Assembly: GCA_000708835.1 (NCBI GenBank) | Contig: DF237242.1 | Coordinates: forward strand, 45,950 to 109,949 | Origin: Klebsormidium nitens | Lineage: Eukaryota; Plantae; Klebsormidiophyceae | Reading direction: 5' to 3' | DNA length: 64,000 nucleotides | In this document: positions 59,956-64,000 of the stretch, piece by piece | Position numbering within the stretch: position 1 is the stretch's first letter | How the letters are laid out: each line of letters opens with the position of its first letter | The notes under the pieces: model-generated | Databases searched by the model: none | Seen by the model: the letters and a program-made list of their open reading frames with translations, nothing else | What the model was told of the DNA's origin: nothing | Position numbers and translations under genes: made by a program

Positions 59956-60539
59956 GAGCTCAGCAGGCCATGAAGCTTGGCAGAAAGGGCATCTGCTTCC
60001 TCCGGGCTGCTGCGATTCATGTCCCTTAGGAACAGAAGATACTCACAACTGAACGGCCTCTCCCCAACTTGTTTTGCTAGAGCTCAGCAACTCTCTCGAC
60101 TCTCTCCGCCGCCATGCCCACATTTATCATCAACATGTCAACAGCGCCAACATGCAGGCCCATGCTGCCGGCGCCAGGGCCATCATCGTCCGCCGCTACG
60201 CTTCCCATGGTGGTTTAGTTCCTTTCAATGCTGCAGCCGTCCATGAAGACTCCAGACTTCGTCACTCCAGCATGAAGGGAGCTACGCCCGGAACGCGTTT
60301 CCTAACCGGGGGGCTACATCCATGACCATATTGGACCCCCCGAAAGGATCAATGTCGACACTTCTTCCTGTGTCAACATCGTCGATCTTCCTGATGCCAT
60401 CATCTGCTGTGGTTGAAGCGCGCTGCAAGTAGGTAACCAACCTACCAACTTTTGTGGTTAAGATAACTTGGAGTACAGTAGATCCATCTCAAGTTTCAAT
60501 ATGACCGGTACCGTTATACATATTATAGCAGCGTCGCCG

Positions 60540-61150
60540 TCGGCGTCGATAGTTAGACTCCAGAGCTGTGTTAGTGCAAACCGATTAGAATGACGTCACC
60601 CCACCCGCGTCCGATTTTGGCGGGCAGTCCCGGATATTGACTTTGGGGCGCGCACACCATGATGGGCCACAAGACGCGGCCGCGGAAATATTATACTATA
60701 GGGGCCGGCCGCCGGGCGTGAGTCACTCGGACGATAAGCGGCGCGCGCGCCATGATGGACAGGCTATAGCTCTTCTAGTACCGTAGCCGGACTGCGCGCG
60801 GCTCCGCACATTGAACCGTGGACTTCCGACCGTCGATCCGAGTACGTACGGTCACCAGGAGCAGGCCGGCTTGCATGCACTGCCCATGCCGGTATGGCGC
60901 GACCTTGCATTGGGGCAACCAAATGAAGTTGAACCTTATCGGACGGCCGGAATGCGTCCTCTTGATCCCTAAGTTCTCGCGATCGATCCGACGGTCGAGA
61001 AAATTCGAGTTTTGGCTTAGCGTCACCTGACTGATAACGGTACCGAAGAGGATTTTGCCGGCAGCCCCCCCGCTGCGAATCTGGCGCACCGCCGGAGCTG
61101 TTCGAAACGGTTACGATCGAATATTGGGCCTTCCGGCGGTCCGCCGTCCC
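60540..61150. promoter_or_regulatory. CpG-rich island between the divergent starts of gene D and the transposon gene
   Basis: High CG/GCGC/GGCC density and a TGACGTCA at 60591. Lies between two divergently oriented ATGs (59955 -, 61301 +). Confidence 0.45.
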
Positions 61151-61300
61151 GGGTGCCCTCCCAGTCTAGAGCCGTGAGTACTTAGGGAAAGAGGGAGGCC
61201 GGAAAGATGAGCAGAGGTGGTCGGAGTGTTAGACAGCGCTCCAAATCGATTCCAAAGGGGCAGCTTCGTGCATGTTGGTGCATGTTTGGGGGTTTGAGTC

Positions 61301-64000
61301 ATGGCAGCCCCCACTGAGCACTACCAAGCCTCGGACCTAGCACAGATTGGACGCGGTCTGTATTACATAGGCGAGGAGTGCGTCCGACCGGCCGAGGTAG
61401 GGCAGTTTTCAAGCAACTGCATCACATGCAAGCAGCAAGTCTGGTCGAAAGCAGTCAGTACAGATGGAAGCTTGAGGCTGAGCCTGCGTGGCAGGAGCAC
61501 GATGAAGGGCTACCTCGTGAGCTGCAGCGTTCCAAAGAGCAAGCAAAAACGCCAACTCCTTTGCCTGGGCTGCGTGGACAAGCTTCGGATGGGGAAATTG
61601 AAGCTCAGCGCCGATGTAGAGAGCGTGAGTCTGTGCAACCGTGGTCATGGCCAGCAAGATGCGCTGATCTTTGAGCGCCAGGCCTCGGGGAGCTGGAGGC
61701 AAACGCTGGAGCTGACCAACGAGCTGCTCGAGGCTGTTGTGATTGCAAACGAGAGCACCGTGTCCCGAAAGAGGCCCAAAAAACCTGCAGCTGAGAGCGC
61801 ACTGAACAGGGGCATGCAAGCCGGCAGCCGCGCGCGCGAGATGCTGCCGGGTGAGTGCAACTATTTTCTTAATAGAACCTATGAAGATTTGCAATGCAAC
61901 AAGCGTCTGCCATCGATTGCGCTCGTCCCGCCAGATTTCAATGGACACACTGTCTGGCCTGTGCACATGCAAAAAGGGGGAGCACAAGGACCGACTACAT
62001 GCTGTTCATGGAATTTCTTGGAGCCCGTCACCCGAAAGGTGGGATCATGCGTAAGATCCCAGCTGCGATCTTGAGGTGCTCGTTCAGCTCCGACTGTGAG
62101 CAAGGCGTGAGGTTGTTTTCCGAGAGCGGTCAGGAAGTGTGCCTGAAAGATCTTGTTGGCACCTGCAGCCTGAGGCCCACATCGGCATCGCGGCCCAAGC
62201 TGCCCTCTTCCTGAGCGGCGTCCTGGAGGGCACGTGCCGCCTAGTTGTTCCTGCTGGAGTGGACGCCTATGCGGCCGCCCCCCTGCGGTTCTACATGACA
62301 TATTGGGATCACAACCGAGGGAGGCCGAAAGCGCTCGGCAAGCCCACCAAGGAGAAGGCGTTGCTCGAGGAATCCTGGTGGGATAGTCAGGGACACTTGA
62401 ACTGCTCATGCGATCGTGGCAGGCTGGCCAGGGACGCGCCTTGCGTTCACAAGCTGGTGCTTGCGGCCCTGGGTGCTTCGGGTTTGGAGCAGAGGGGCCT
62501 TCCCACGGCCAGGGAATTGGGAAGAGGAGCAGGGCTGGTCGAGCAGGTGGGTACGGACTCCACGGGGCGCTTCTTCGCAGCGAGGAGCAGCCCCAAAGGA
62601 GTCAGCCCCGCTCACAAGATGCTGCATCAAAGCATTGATGGGTTGTGGTACTGCCAGGGCAAGAGAGACGGCTGTCCGTCGCAGCACCACTGTAGCCACA
62701 TCATCGCGGCCGATCGGGCCGTCCGGGCGGGGCAGGTCCATTTTGCACAGGGGCTGCATCTTGGGCAGGATGCCCTAAGTAGAGCAAGGCAGTGGTTGGA
62801 GCGGTGGAACGGAGCGCTGCCGTTGCTCGGCAGGAGCAGGGAAGAGCGCGAGTTGCGTGCGAGCTACGAAGGGGCCGGCGAGGAGGAGGCGCACCTGATA
62901 GGCCTCATCTCCGGGCAGCGCCACGAGCCGGCCGGTTGCGCCGGTGTGGACTGCTTCTGTCAAGAGCATCAGCAATTGTTCGGGGCGGCTGAGCCGTCCA
63001 CATCAGCACTGCCCCGAGGGGTGGATGTGAGCGAGCCATGGACAGGGGTGCGTAGGAGCAAGCAGTGGTGGAGGAGTCATGCGGGTGAGGCTCCTTTGAC
63101 CGTGCGCGTGGCACCCCAGAGTGTGCGGGAGCCGCCCGCAGAGGCGTTGGGCAAGGAGGCGATCCGATGTTGGGTTTCCTCCTGCGGCAGCTGCACGTTG
63201 GAGGGTGCTCTACGGGGATGCCAGCATGAGGGGGTAGGAAGGGCCCCCGTCATGCTTCAGGAGACGCAGGCGGTCCAGGTGACCAAGCCGAAGCTGAGCC
63301 AGCTCAGCGACGCCCCGGACTTTCACGACCCGTGGGTGACGCGGCTGAGATGCGGACCGATTCGGGTCAGCAAGCTGGTGGGGAGAGACTTCCAGGAGCT
63401 AGGGGAACTCGGGGTGCTGAGCGCGCCATGCCCTCTCGAACCGCCTCCGTGCGGTGGGAAGTGAGTCGAGCTCTGGCAGGACGCGGTGGTGCATGCCTCG
63501 ACTTGGAGCCAGTCCGTGCGCACCAGAATGTACTCCTGCAAGTGCGCCAGGAAGCACAGTGTCCATTTCGATGGGGAGCACTTGGGGTTGTACGTCTGGA
63601 GCCGCCAGACGATTGTTGTACAGGAGAGCCTGCAACTGCTGCTCAAGCAGATGCAGCGGGGACAGTTGGGTTTTGGGGCGCTGCTGGAGGGGCAGCAGGA
63701 GGCCTTCCGGAGGGCACCAGAGTGCGCCGTCCTATCTGAAGAGACGTGGCGTAAGGCCAGCCTCGATTTCTTCCGGCTGGTGGGGCGGCAGATCCTGGAG
63801 TGCTGCAGCATATGCGGTCCCCATCCGGAGGTGAGCATCTTGATTGGAAGATGGAAAATGAGCCCCCTTGGATCTGCATAGCAATTGAGATGGTGGAGGC
63901 CCCTTGGATACTTTTTGAAAGGAGGGCTCAGGCCTTCACTGCTCAACTCAAAGCATGTCTTTGATGAAACCCGCAAGTCCTTGCACGTGTTGCTTCTACC
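61301..64000 (+). mobile_element. KDZ/Zisupton-like DNA transposon gene, N-terminal part (SWIM fingers + CxC4 cluster); continues beyond the window
   Basis: Spliced ORF: 61301-61850, ~61904-62106, 62169-~63830. SWIM motifs LNCSCDRGRLARDAPCVH and WYCQGKRDGCPSQHHCSH. CxC4-like PPPCGGK*VELW..MYSCKC..VHFDGEHLGLYVWS..LDFFRLV..CCSICGPHP. One in-frame TGA at 63462-63464. The DDE domain and element ends are not seen. Confidence 0.75.

Noticed and set aside
59956-60330. uORF-rich leader upstream of gene D
   Set aside because: Several upstream ATGs exist, but the transcription start is unknown, so they cannot be placed in the mRNA.
63462-63464. Programmed readthrough or selenocysteine at the TGA
   Set aside because: A simple TGG-to-TGA mutation or a splice donor explains it; no supporting signal seen.

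Overview
Eukaryotic nuclear DNA with GT-AG introns and GC-rich exons. It is most consistent with a streptophyte green alga (Klebsormidium-like); this is inferred from gene content, not a database match. Four spliced host genes can be reconstructed. (A) 8915-14639 (+): a secreted protein with a Pro/Ala-rich AGP-like stalk, then two alpha/beta-hydrolase domains, the first lacking its catalytic Ser. (C) 39388-33558 (-): a 9-exon conserved chloroplast protein. (B) about 42509-50265 (+), 5' end unresolved: a DUF900-type alpha/beta-hydrolase split by a ~600-aa low-complexity insert. (D) 59955-51759 (-): a receptor with two LRR modules, a TM helix, an RLK/Pelle-type pseudokinase and an intact Raf-like kinase. 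A KDZ/Zisupton-like transposon gene (SWIM + CxC4) starts at 61301 and runs off the window, and a TIR MITE lies in an intron of gene B. The two most striking observations are the receptor-pseudokinase-Raf fusion and that introns of all four genes carry decaying tandem copies of the adjacent exon edge plus splice site. Regions 1-8800 and 14700-33400 have no identifiable genes but contain stop-poor reading frames and diverged duplications.
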